DNA of 26,464 nt from a virus (lineage: Duplodnaviria > Caudoviricetes): positions 1 through 26,464 of the IMG/VR virus record IMGVR_UViG_3300032267_000041; one strand, 5' to 3'. Positions 9,050-18,711 of this stretch are shown in pieces. Under the pieces are notes generated by a model. It ran no database searches. It saw only the letters and a program-made list of their open reading frames with translations, and was not told the origin of the DNA. Position 1 is the stretch's first letter, and each line of letters opens with the position of its first letter. A program made the translations under genes and the position numbers.

Positions 9050-11166
9050 TGGCTAAAATTTCTACTGATTTAGGCGTTAATATAGCAATATCAGATGTAC
9101 CAGCGTCTAAAGGTATTGAGTCTAAAATCGCACCAGCCCCATCTGGTAAAGATACTTTTTCTGTACTATCTGAAGCATTAGGTTCATTAAACCCTAAAAT
9201 ATATGAATTAGCAAAACAAGGTGCTGACAGACAAAACGAAGAAGACGCTGTCTTAGGTGCTAATACAGTTAATGGAATGACGCTTGAAGAAGCTCGTAAA
9301 GCTCATCAAGATGGTTTCCCAGATATTTATAATGGCTGGGCAAGAGTTGGAGCATATAAGCAGTATGCAAATAATTCTAATGAAGAATTTGCTAGAACGT
9401 GGAAAAATAAATATTTAGAAAATAGAGCTGACCCAAACTATAATTGGGAACAAGATTACAAAATAGCTACTCAAGCTTATTTACAAGATAAACAAAACGA
9501 CCCATTCTTCCAAGATGCTTTTAGAAAAGAAACAAATAAAACAAAAGATTGGATTAGAGAAAAAGAATTTGCTTTTCAAAACGCAGAGCTTCAAGACAGA
9601 ATACAAACTGATACTGCATATAAAATATCTACTATACATGAAACAGTAATTGATAAATTAACTACAGATTTTAGAGCAACTATACCTTTAAATGAGTCTG
9701 GTAAAAACTTTGCAGGTAAACAAGAAGAATATATTAGACAAAATTTTGAGCAGGAGTTTTTAAAGCAATTTTATGATTTAAAAAATAATAGAAATCCAGC
9801 TCTTACAAATTTAGATTTTGATAAATTAGTAATTAAACAAGCAAATTTTCACGCTCAATCAGGTGGGGAGTATGCGGGTGCATTTTCACTTTTATTAACC
9901 GAAAAACGACCAGACGGAACTCCACCAATTATAATAAATCCAAAACTACAAGAAGAAGCTACGCAAGCTCTAGTAAATTTAAGTAAAGCTTTAAAAGTTG
10001 TTGATTTTGAAAATAAATACTACAACAATAATATATCTGAGTTTGACAACGCAGAGTTAAAACAATTACAAAATAATTTATTTAATAAAACTTTAACAAA
10101 GTATCAAAAAAGATACGGTAATACTGTAGAAGCTTGGGATTATACATTTCAACAACTTTCACCAACTTTTGCTAAAAATCCCCCTATACCCGAATTACAG
10201 CAATTACTAAATAGACCTTTAAGTTCTACTTATAACTTAGACACGCAAAAAGCTTTTGCACTTGCTTTAAGATTAGATGAGCAAGGTGCTTTAACTAGAT
10301 ATTTTGATGGTAATGAAAATTCAAAAGATGCCATGAAATGGTATATGGCAGTTCAATTATTTAGAGCTGGTCAAAACAAACAAGATATAATTAAAACACT
10401 ATCGGAATTAGAGCAGAGTAAAAAATTAACTACTCTAGACAATAAAGATCGTACTGAACTTGCAAACCAATTTTCTGGTTCTTTAAAAAATATTTATAAT
10501 AGAGATTTAATTTATAACACAGCTTCTTATTTTAAAAGTTTAGATAAAGACGGTACTAATTACGTTGACAGTACTAAAGAATTTATAAAAAAATATTATT
10601 ACGAAGATAAATCTGGGGTTCTAACTAGTAGAAGTAAACTATTATCTCTTGGAATTGAAGACTCTAATTACGACGTATTTAAAAATGAAGTTATAAATTA
10701 CATGAAAGGTATTCAGTATGTACCTGATAAAGATAAAGTTAAAGAGCCGAAAACTTACGGAGATTTCAACCGTGATAAATTTAATAAAGAATTATATAAA
10801 AATAATCCAAGTGCAAATCCCGGAAATTTAGCTGGTTATAAAGTTGATTTTGATGATTATGATTTTGCAGTTAACCCAGATCGTAAAACTGCGTGGTTCA
10901 CAAGAAAAAATGGCGTTAACTACTATGAGCCTGTCTTAATAGAAAAAGTTGTTGGTTATCGTCAAGATGGCAGTCCTATTAAAGAAACTAAAAGATTAGA
11001 AATAGATTTACAGCCATTTTTAGAAAAGATGAAAGCAGATAACAAATTAAAAGTTTCTGACAATGAAAGAAAAAGTTTTGATTTAGCTAAAAAACGATCA
11101 GAAGCAGTCCAAGAAATAAATAAATATAGATTAATGCCGTTGATTACAAACGCTTTTATAAAATAA
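9049..11166 (+). CDS. internal virion protein C-like (gp15)
   Basis: 705-aa helical-looking protein between gp14 and gp16; L.EAL.SLNP near the N-terminus; assigned mainly by synteny and size. Confidence 0.75.
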   Translation: MAKISTDLGVNIAISDVPASKGIESKIAPAPSGKDTFSVLSEALGSLNPKIYELAKQGADRQNEEDAVLGANTVNGMTLEEARKAHQDGFPDIYNGWARVGAYKQYANNSNEEFARTWKNKYLENRADPNYNWEQDYKIATQAYLQDKQNDPFFQDAFRKETNKTKDWIREKEFAFQNAELQDRIQTDTAYKISTIHETVIDKLTTDFRATIPLNESGKNFAGKQEEYIRQNFEQEFLKQFYDLKNNRNPALTNLDFDKLVIKQANFHAQSGGEYAGAFSLLLTEKRPDGTPPIIINPKLQEEATQALVNLSKALKVVDFENKYYNNNISEFDNAELKQLQNNLFNKTLTKYQKRYGNTVEAWDYTFQQLSPTFAKNPPIPELQQLLNRPLSSTYNLDTQKAFALALRLDEQGALTRYFDGNENSKDAMKWYMAVQLFRAGQNKQDIIKTLSELEQSKKLTTLDNKDRTELANQFSGSLKNIYNRDLIYNTASYFKSLDKDGTNYVDSTKEFIKKYYYEDKSGVLTSRSKLLSLGIEDSNYDVFKNEVINYMKGIQYVPDKDKVKEPKTYGDFNRDKFNKELYKNNPSANPGNLAGYKVDFDDYDFAVNPDRKTAWFTRKNGVNYYEPVLIEKVVGYRQDGSPIKETKRLEIDLQPFLEKMKADNKLKVSDNERKSFDLAKKRSEAVQEINKYRLMPLITNAFIK

Positions 11167-11167
11167 T

Positions 11168-14100
11168 ATGAGAAATATAGATTGGGATTTTATCAGTAAT
11201 AGAGAAGGTAATGAAACTACTGGTTATGTACCTAGAAATAAAGATAATACTATAGATGAAAATTCTGGTGTAACTATTGGGGCTGGATTTGACCTTGGTC
11301 AACAAACAGAACAAACAATAAAAAATCTTGGTTTTAAAGATTTATCTATTCTTGACACAGTTAGACCTTACTTAGGTTTAAAAGGTGCTAAGGCAGATGA
11401 AATTGCTAAAAATTTAACAATACCAGAAGATAAGCTTCCAGATTTTAATAATACTGTAAATAATTATTATGCCGATAATATTGAAAAACAATATGATAAA
11501 TTAACTAGATATAAAAAATTTAATGAACTAGACCCAGCTTTACAAACAGTAATAACTTCTGTTGGTTTTCAGTATGGTGATTTAAAGCGTACTCCTAAAT
11601 TTTTTAAAGAAGCCTTAGATAATAATATTGAAGGTGTAGTTGCTGAACTTAGAAATTTTGGTGATGATTATTCTCCAAGAAGAAATTTAGAAGCAGATTA
11701 TTTAATAAATAAAATTTCAAATATAGATACTAAAAAAAAACTTGAAATAGCAGACGACCCACTTACTCAAAAAGAAATGAACGGGGAGCTGTATATGGAT
11801 AGAGTTTTTAAAACTTTTCAAAATCAACCAGAACCTAGACCAAGTTTATTTACTGGGGCGGCAACAGCGGCAAAATTAAATTTTCTTGCTTTTACACTTG
11901 GTAGAACTTTAATTAACCAAAGCTATACCCCAGACCCCAATGGATTTTCTTGGAAAGATAATGAAGTAGAAATAAAAAAAGCATTTAACGATAATCAAAT
12001 ACGTCCTGAGTATTACGAGTTTTTTACTGACGCTGTTTCTAGGGAGCATTTTTACCACTTAATAGACAGAGTTAAAATGGAGCAAGATAATAGAGACATT
12101 CTCCATAAAATGGGTGCTACAGGACTTTTCCTAGACATTGGCTCTTATGCTTTAGACCCAGCTAACTTAATAGGGTTTGGTTACATACAAAAAGCTATGA
12201 TGGCTAAACAGTCTTTAACAGCAAGTAGATTAGAGAGATTTTTTGAAAATGGATTAGTGTTTGGGGCTTACGAGGGAGTAACTATGAGTATTCAAGCTAA
12301 TGAAAGTCCAAGCGTTGGTGCTGTAGATGTTATAGTAGCGGCGGGATTAGGTGGTGCTCTTGGAGGCGGTATCAGTGTTATTGGAAAAGCACAATTATCA
12401 AGAGTAGCTAAAGATATTGAAAACCTAGAACTTAAAGACGCTGGTTTAAAGAAAACTCCAAAAGGTGAAAAATTATTTGAAGATGTAAACACTTCAAAAA
12501 TTGACGCAAAAACTCATTTAGATGTAAATGAATTATTAGATACTTCTGATGTAGTTGATAAATCTATTATATATTCAAGTGCTAGAGACTGGCCTGTAGC
12601 AAAACTTTTTAGTTTAACTAAATCAGGTTCATTTGGTAGCAGTTTATCAGAACTTGCAAGATCGTTTGCTTATAAATTTTTAGAAGACCCAATAGGGTAC
12701 GCTTTTAAAGGTGAAGGTAGGGTAAGTAAAAGAATAGCATCACAAGAAGAAACAGTAGAACTTATTAGAGACAAATATTTAGCTATATCTATGAATGGTG
12801 TCGCTAGAGAAGTTAGAGACGCATTAAACGAATATTTAAAAGAAAACGGTTTAAATTTCTGGAGTAGACTTGCAAACGTTAATGCCAGAACCGATTTCAT
12901 GCAAAAAGTAACTAGGGCTATTAGAACATTTGACCCTAATAATAAAAATTTATTAGATACAGAATTATTAAAAAATAAACATATAGCTAAAGCGGCAAAC
13001 GCTTATGCTGATGCTTTTGAACGTTGGGGTAAGACATTAAAAGAAAATGGAATTGAAGGTGCTGAGTTTAATGTTAATAGAGGTTATATCCCTAGAAGAT
13101 TATCTTTAGAAAGGTACGCTCAACTTGAAGCAAAGATTGGTGAAAGTGGAATTATAGAGCTAATTACTAAAGGTATATTAGATAAACAAAAATATTTAAA
13201 TATACCAAAAGATGCCGAGTTAAAAGCTTCATTAGGAGTTAAAGAACTTAAATACACAAAACCAAATTTTAACGAAATAAATAACACTAACCAAGCTGGT
13301 AAAATAGCTCAAATTAATAAGCTTAAAGCTGATTTGGAAAGAACTAAATTAGTTATTGCTTCAAAACAAAAAGAAGTATCACAAGCGGCAAAAGAAGAAG
13401 CTAAAAAGATTAAAGAACAAATTAAAAAATTAGAACAAGAAGTTAAAGATTCAAAAATTAAATTAGAAGCTGATTTTGTCGGCCCCGATAAAGCCGAGTT
13501 AATGGCTAAGGCTATTGTTTCTTATATTAAAAACTCAAAACGAACTGGTGGGTTTGATTTAGAAGCTTTATTAAGAGTTAAAGACCCTGAGAAACTAAAA
13601 GAATTTTTTAAAGAAAGTTTCCCCCATTTAAAACAAAATGAACTCGATGAGTTAACTAAAAATTTAGCTAACGTAATGTCGACGATTACGTCTGGTAGGT
13701 TAGTTGAAAGAATTAAATTAAATGAATCTTTTGAAGCTACAATTAAAGGTCAAAAAGTTAGATTAGATGAGCTTTATGAAAATAATATAGATTTATTATA
13801 CAACGACTATTCTCATGAAATGTCTGGCTGGTCAGCTATGGCAGAAAGAGTTGGTATTAAAAGTAGGGACGAATGGAACTCATATAAAAACTCATTAATT
13901 ACCGACATTGAAAAATCTTATTCAAAAGATCTAGCTAATAAACAAGGTATTAAAAGATGGTTTGGCGAAAGAAGATTACAAGAAGAAATTTCAACACTAG
14001 ATAGTGTATTTCAAAACTTAATGGGTAGAAGCGGAGAAGCTCAAACAGCATGGGCTGAAGCTGGTAGAACTTTAAGAAGATATAATTTTATTAGAGTATT

Positions 14101-15355
14101 AAACCAAGTCGGTATTGCTTCAATTCCTGAGTTAGGAAATATTATTTCTGCAACTGGTATTAAAGCTTTTGTTCAAAATATTCCTGAATTTAAAAATGCT
14201 TTAAGAAGTATGAGGTCTGGTGCGTTAGATGACGCATTTTTTAAAGAATTAAAATATATTGGTTATGATGGTTTTGGTGAGGACTACTTACGAAGAATAA
14301 CTCACGCTACAGAGCAAGCAGATCAAGGTACAGCACTTCACGCTATACAAAGTTCTGGTAAAGTAAATAATTTTTTAACTACTGGTGAAAAAATCACAAG
14401 CTGGACTTCTGGTCTCACAGTTGTTGACACTACGTTAAGAAGAATAGCGACAAGAGCTTTTATTGATAAGTTTGCTGATGAAATGATAAAATTAAAAGCA
14501 AGTAATTTTAATTTTAACGGAGTAAATTTAAACAGATACAAAGTTTTAGGATTTACCGAAGCTGAACTTAAAAAGTTTGCGAATGAGTTTTCAAATGGTG
14601 CGGTAACTACTGAAGCAACTTTTTGGGGAACAAAAGTTAAAGCATTTAATTTTGCTAATTGGAAAGACCACGAATTACTAACTACTTTCGCACATAGATT
14701 AAATAGACACGTTAAACGTACTGTTCAATATAATTTCATTGGAGATAGTTCACAATTTTTCTCTGATAACACACTGGGTAAAATGTTAGGGCAATTTAGA
14801 CAGTTCTCCATTGTTGCTTGGAATAAACAATTTTTACACAATGTAGCTATGGGTGATTTTAGAACTTTCTCTAATTTTACTACAACAACTTTTGTTGCCG
14901 CTTTAGCTTACATGGGTCAAACACATTTCAATTCTATTGGTATGGGTGCAAAAGAAAAAGCTGAATACCTTGAAAAAAGACTAGGATTAAAAGGTGATTA
15001 TTCAAAATTAGGTTTAGCCGCATTTCAAAGAACTGGTTGGTCTTCTGTAATGCCAGCATTTGCAGATATAGCTACAAGTGCTTTAGCTCCAAACTATAGA
15101 TTTAACACCAGAACAAGTGGGTTAGAAGTTAATTTATGGAATGGTAACCCAACAATAAGTTTATTAGGTGATGCCAAAGACGTTGGACTGTCTTTTTTAA
15201 AAGCAACTAGAAGTGATTATCGTTTTTCAAAAGTAGACTTGAGAAGATTTACTCATTTATTTGCTTGGAATAATTCATACGGAATTTCTAATCTTTTACA
15301 TCATTTAATAGATAACAGCCCGTTACCAGATACGGGTAAAGAAAATTTATTTTAA
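11168..15355 (+). CDS. internal virion protein D-like (gp16) with N-terminal pesticin-type muramidase domain
   Basis: 1395 aa; N-terminal IDWDFIS.REG...GYVP...SGVTIGAGFDLGQ...QTVITSVGFQYG...RR..EA; C-terminal G....QFR.F motif; synteny. Confidence 0.85.
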   Translation: MRNIDWDFISNREGNETTGYVPRNKDNTIDENSGVTIGAGFDLGQQTEQTIKNLGFKDLSILDTVRPYLGLKGAKADEIAKNLTIPEDKLPDFNNTVNNYYADNIEKQYDKLTRYKKFNELDPALQTVITSVGFQYGDLKRTPKFFKEALDNNIEGVVAELRNFGDDYSPRRNLEADYLINKISNIDTKKKLEIADDPLTQKEMNGELYMDRVFKTFQNQPEPRPSLFTGAATAAKLNFLAFTLGRTLINQSYTPDPNGFSWKDNEVEIKKAFNDNQIRPEYYEFFTDAVSREHFYHLIDRVKMEQDNRDILHKMGATGLFLDIGSYALDPANLIGFGYIQKAMMAKQSLTASRLERFFENGLVFGAYEGVTMSIQANESPSVGAVDVIVAAGLGGALGGGISVIGKAQLSRVAKDIENLELKDAGLKKTPKGEKLFEDVNTSKIDAKTHLDVNELLDTSDVVDKSIIYSSARDWPVAKLFSLTKSGSFGSSLSELARSFAYKFLEDPIGYAFKGEGRVSKRIASQEETVELIRDKYLAISMNGVAREVRDALNEYLKENGLNFWSRLANVNARTDFMQKVTRAIRTFDPNNKNLLDTELLKNKHIAKAANAYADAFERWGKTLKENGIEGAEFNVNRGYIPRRLSLERYAQLEAKIGESGIIELITKGILDKQKYLNIPKDAELKASLGVKELKYTKPNFNEINNTNQAGKIAQINKLKADLERTKLVIASKQKEVSQAAKEEAKKIKEQIKKLEQEVKDSKIKLEADFVGPDKAELMAKAIVSYIKNSKRTGGFDLEALLRVKDPEKLKEFFKESFPHLKQNELDELTKNLANVMSTITSGRLVERIKLNESFEATIKGQKVRLDELYENNIDLLYNDYSHEMSGWSAMAERVGIKSRDEWNSYKNSLITDIEKSYSKDLANKQGIKRWFGERRLQEEISTLDSVFQNLMGRSGEAQTAWAEAGRTLRRYNFIRVLNQVGIASIPELGNIISATGIKAFVQNIPEFKNALRSMRSGALDDAFFKELKYIGYDGFGEDYLRRITHATEQADQGTALHAIQSSGKVNNFLTTGEKITSWTSGLTVVDTTLRRIATRAFIDKFADEMIKLKASNFNFNGVNLNRYKVLGFTEAELKKFANEFSNGAVTTEATFWGTKVKAFNFANWKDHELLTTFAHRLNRHVKRTVQYNFIGDSSQFFSDNTLGKMLGQFRQFSIVAWNKQFLHNVAMGDFRTFSNFTTTTFVAALAYMGQTHFNSIGMGAKEKAEYLEKRLGLKGDYSKLGLAAFQRTGWSSVMPAFADIATSALAPNYRFNTRTSGLEVNLWNGNPTISLLGDAKDVGLSFLKATRSDYRFSKVDLRRFTHLFAWNNSYGISNLLHHLIDNSPLPDTGKENLF

Positions 15356-15373
15356 CAAACAACAAAAATATAT

Positions 15374-17434
15374 ATGTCATTTGCAATTAATAATTATACA
15401 GGAAATGGGAGTACAACTACATTTTCAGTTACGTTTCCGTACATAACTCAAAGCCATGTACAAGTACGAGTTAATAACGTATTAAAAACTTTAAGTGTTG
15501 ATTATACATTCCCAACATCTTCAACTATTCAATTTACAACTGCACCAGCAAACGGTGTAAACATAAATTTTAAAAGATCATCTAATCAATCTGCTAGATT
15601 AGTAGACTTCCAAGACGGTTCTACAATTACTGAGTCAATTTTAGATCAAGACAGTAATCAAATGTTTTACATGTCTCAGGAAGCTATTGATATAACTACT
15701 AATACAATAACTTTAGACACAGACGATAAGTACAACGCACAGTCTAAAGTAATTAAAAATTTAGCTAACCCAGTCAATGCTAACGATGCAGTAAATAAAA
15801 CATATTTAGAAAACACTTGGTTAAGCACAGCAGATAAAGCAACATTAACAAACTTAAATTCAAACATAGCAAGTGTTACAGCAGTCAATTCTGCTTTAAC
15901 AAATGTAAATGCTGTAGGTTCAGATTTATTAGAACCAGTATCAGAAATTAATACAGTAGCAGTAAGTATAGCTAACGTAGATACAGTTGGTACAAACATA
16001 GCCAATGTAAATACTGTAGCTGGTAATAATGTTAATATAACTACTGTAGCATCAGCAAATTCTAACATCACGACTGTCGCAGGAGCTAATGCAAACATTA
16101 CTTCTATAGCTAGTCAAATTACACCTACAAATAATATTTCTACAGTCGCAGGTGCAGTTGCTAATATAGGAACTGTCGCAACAAACATAGCCAATGTTAA
16201 TTTGGTAGGTGGTTCTATTGCTAACGTAAATACTGTAGCAAGTGCTAACGCAAATATTACAACAGTTGCTACAGCAAATACAAATATTGGAACAGTTGCT
16301 ACAAACATTGTAAATGTTAATTCAGTTGGTGGTTCTATAGCTAATGTAAATTCTGTAGCAGGAAATTCTACAAATATAAATGCAGTCAATTCAAATTCTG
16401 GAAATATAAATATCGTTGCAGGTGCTAACGCAAACATTGCAACACTAGCAGGAATATCAGGTGCAATAAGTACAGTAGCATCTAACGTAGGCAATATTTC
16501 TACAATAGCAACAGATATTGCTAAAGTAATAACTACTGCAAACGATTTAAATGAAGCCACTTCAGAAATTGAAGTTGTAGCTAATGCTATAGCTAATGTT
16601 GATATAGTTGGAAATAATATTGCTAACGTAAACACAGTTGGTACAAACATTGCTAACGTAAATATAGTTGGAAATAATATTGGAACAGTAAACGATTTTA
16701 CAAACAGATATAGAGTTGCGTCATCAGACCCAACTACATCTAAAGATGCTGGAGATTTAGTATTTAATACAACAGCAAATGCTCTTAAATATTATAATGG
16801 AACTACTTGGGAAGCTATCGTTGCTGGTGGTTTAACAGATATAGTTCAAGATGGTACACCTCAGTTAGGTGGTGCATTAGATGTTAATGGAAATTCAATA
16901 GTATCAACTTCTAATGCAAATATTAACATTACACCTCATGGAACAGGAAAAGTAGTATTAGACGGAATATCTTATCCAACTTCAGACGGAACAGCTAATC
17001 AATATATTAAAACAGATGGTGCTGGTGTTTTAAGTTTTGGAACAGTTGATTTAACTAATTTATCTGCTTCTAATTTAACATCAGGAACAGTACCAAGTGC
17101 AAGATTATCTTTAACATCTTCAGATTTGCCTACAGTACCAACAACAAAAGGCGGTACAGGTTTAACTACAATAGGAACTGCTGGACAAGCATTAGTAGTC
17201 AATGGTGCAGGAACAGCTTTAACATACGCAAATTCTTCTTCAGCAGAAGTATATGGATTTTCTTTTATTGATGCAGATGGAGATGGTTACAAAGAAAGTC
17301 TGCAAGTAACCACAACAAATAATGGTGCAGACAGTATTTCTAAAAGTAATCACGCGGCTTTTAGAGACGTAGTGTTTAGTGGAAGTGGTTATACATTTTC
17401 CATATCTGCGGGTGATTTAATATTAACTTTATAA
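15374..17434 (+). CDS. tail fibre protein (gp17-like N-terminal tail-anchor domain)
   Basis: YTGNGSTTTFSVTFPY...V.V.VN...I.F.TAPA.G..I...R...RLVDF.DGS...LD....Q..Y..QE; then a repeat shaft and the TPQLGG.LDVNG fibre motif. Confidence 0.93.
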   Translation: MSFAINNYTGNGSTTTFSVTFPYITQSHVQVRVNNVLKTLSVDYTFPTSSTIQFTTAPANGVNINFKRSSNQSARLVDFQDGSTITESILDQDSNQMFYMSQEAIDITTNTITLDTDDKYNAQSKVIKNLANPVNANDAVNKTYLENTWLSTADKATLTNLNSNIASVTAVNSALTNVNAVGSDLLEPVSEINTVAVSIANVDTVGTNIANVNTVAGNNVNITTVASANSNITTVAGANANITSIASQITPTNNISTVAGAVANIGTVATNIANVNLVGGSIANVNTVASANANITTVATANTNIGTVATNIVNVNSVGGSIANVNSVAGNSTNINAVNSNSGNINIVAGANANIATLAGISGAISTVASNVGNISTIATDIAKVITTANDLNEATSEIEVVANAIANVDIVGNNIANVNTVGTNIANVNIVGNNIGTVNDFTNRYRVASSDPTTSKDAGDLVFNTTANALKYYNGTTWEAIVAGGLTDIVQDGTPQLGGALDVNGNSIVSTSNANINITPHGTGKVVLDGISYPTSDGTANQYIKTDGAGVLSFGTVDLTNLSASNLTSGTVPSARLSLTSSDLPTVPTTKGGTGLTTIGTAGQALVVNGAGTALTYANSSSAEVYGFSFIDADGDGYKESLQVTTTNNGADSISKSNHAAFRDVVFSGSGYTFSISAGDLILTL
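15862..16705 (+). repeat. degenerate 10-residue (30-nt) coding tandem repeat in the tail fibre shaft
   Basis: About 27 units of the NIANVNTVAG / ANANITTVAT type counted by eye; exact 21-nt repeat atatagttggaaataatattg at 16602 and 16662. Confidence 0.85.
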
Positions 17435-17457
17435 AAAATAAAAAGGAGTAAAAAAAT

Positions 17458-17943
17458 ATGGCAACAGTAAATATAGGTCGTTTAAGATTTGTATGGAAAG
17501 GAACATATAGCGGAGCAACAGCTTATGTAGTTGATGATGTAGTTTATTATGCAGGTGGTTCTTATGTATGTATTCAAAACACAACAGGAAATGCTCCATC
17601 AACAGGAGTCAATACTGCTTATTGGAATGTAATGTCAGTTGGTGGAACAGATATAACTTCATTAGTTGGTTTAACATCAGGAGACATAATAGTTTGGGAC
17701 GGAACTGCTTGGGTTAGACTAGGCAAGGGAACAGCAGGACAAGTTTTAAAAGTAAATGCTGGTGGAACTGCACTTGAGTACGGAACTGTAGATTTATCAA
17801 ATGTTGTTAGTACTGCCGACACTACTAATAGTAGAAGTGGAAATGGTGGTGGTCAGACAGTCAGTTATGCAACTTTATATAAAAACACGAACACTAATGT
17901 ACGTTTGCAACTTAATACAAATTGCAACTGTAACTGTTGCTAA
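17458..17943 (+). CDS. short secondary tail fibre/adaptor protein with C-terminal NTNCNCNCC tail
   Basis: RBS aaggag; N-terminal W.G.Y...TAY..DDVV.Y.G.SY.C...YW module common in phage fibres; GD.IVWDG..W.RL.KGTAGQVL fibre repeat; Cys/Asn terminus. Confidence 0.8.
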   Translation: MATVNIGRLRFVWKGTYSGATAYVVDDVVYYAGGSYVCIQNTTGNAPSTGVNTAYWNVMSVGGTDITSLVGLTSGDIIVWDGTAWVRLGKGTAGQVLKVNAGGTALEYGTVDLSNVVSTADTTNSRSGNGGGQTVSYATLYKNTNTNVRLQLNTNCNCNCC

Positions 17944-17973
17944 AATAATTAACAAAAAGGAAAATATAAAAAT

Positions 17974-18711
17974 ATGAAAATAATTTATTCAGTAGTGGCT
18001 AGAATGGCACACAGAATTAAAGTTACTGTAAATCAAAATGGATTTATAGTTTCTCAAAAAATGAAAAATGAAGAAGGAACAGAAACTATTTATTTTTCTG
18101 ATACAGAAGTGTTATATGAGGATATAAAAGCAAGAGCAGATTTCGCAGACCATTCTTGTTATAATATTTTTGAAGGAAAACTTGGTGTTTTTAATATGTT
18201 TGCTAACAGCAAATCAGCTAAATTATCTGGTCAAGATTTTGCTATTTTTAATGGTGGTAATTCAGCAGTATGTTTAATTATTCCATTTAAAAATTCTCCA
18301 GTTGAAGATTGGGTGTTAAGTATTAATGTTCAAAAAGATGAACCAGAATGGTTTGAATTAGTAGGTGCTACTGGCACACAAATGTTAATTAATCATTGTG
18401 GTCATAGTGCTGGGAGAGCAGATAATCTTCCTTTAGTACACTTTGATAATGCAAGTATATCAGGAGATACTAACGAAGTATTAGAACTTCCATTTACAGT
18501 TAAAAACGCAGATGGAACTACAGCAAATATAGACGCAGAAGTTTATTTTGAAACTACTGGTGGATTTTTACCAGTAACAAGAAAAGTAGTAAAAGGAAAT
18601 GGCACAGCTTTTATTAGTTTAAGAGACATTCCAAAAGGGGAGAGATTTAAAGTTAAAGTAGGTTTTAAAAACTTTAGTGGTATCTCCGAATGTCAAGTAA
18701 CAGTAAATTAA
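17974..18711 (+). CDS. hypothetical protein, C-terminal part predicted beta-sandwich/Ig-like
   Basis: RBS-like aagga; alternating beta-strand pattern in the last ~90 aa (LPFTVKN...EVYFETTGG...FKVKVGFK...CQVTV); the fold is inferred. Confidence 0.75.
   Translation: MKIIYSVVARMAHRIKVTVNQNGFIVSQKMKNEEGTETIYFSDTEVLYEDIKARADFADHSCYNIFEGKLGVFNMFANSKSAKLSGQDFAIFNGGNSAVCLIIPFKNSPVEDWVLSINVQKDEPEWFELVGATGTQMLINHCGHSAGRADNLPLVHFDNASISGDTNEVLELPFTVKNADGTTANIDAEVYFETTGGFLPVTRKVVKGNGTAFISLRDIPKGERFKVKVGFKNFSGISECQVTVN

Noticed and set aside
220-14541. Short minus-strand ORFs at 220, 2164, 5377, 5903, 12292, 12670 and 14338
   Set aside because: All lie antisense to well-supported phage genes and show no motifs
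15862-16705. CRISPR array or diversity-generating retroelement repeats
   Set aside because: The repeats are in-frame, degenerate and coding, with no spacers; no reverse transcriptase or adenine-specific TR/VR pair was seen
15676-17822. Antisense ORFs of 140, 178, 67 and 67 aa opposite the fibre genes
   Set aside because: Shadow frames caused by the repetitive, biased codon usage of the sense fibre genes
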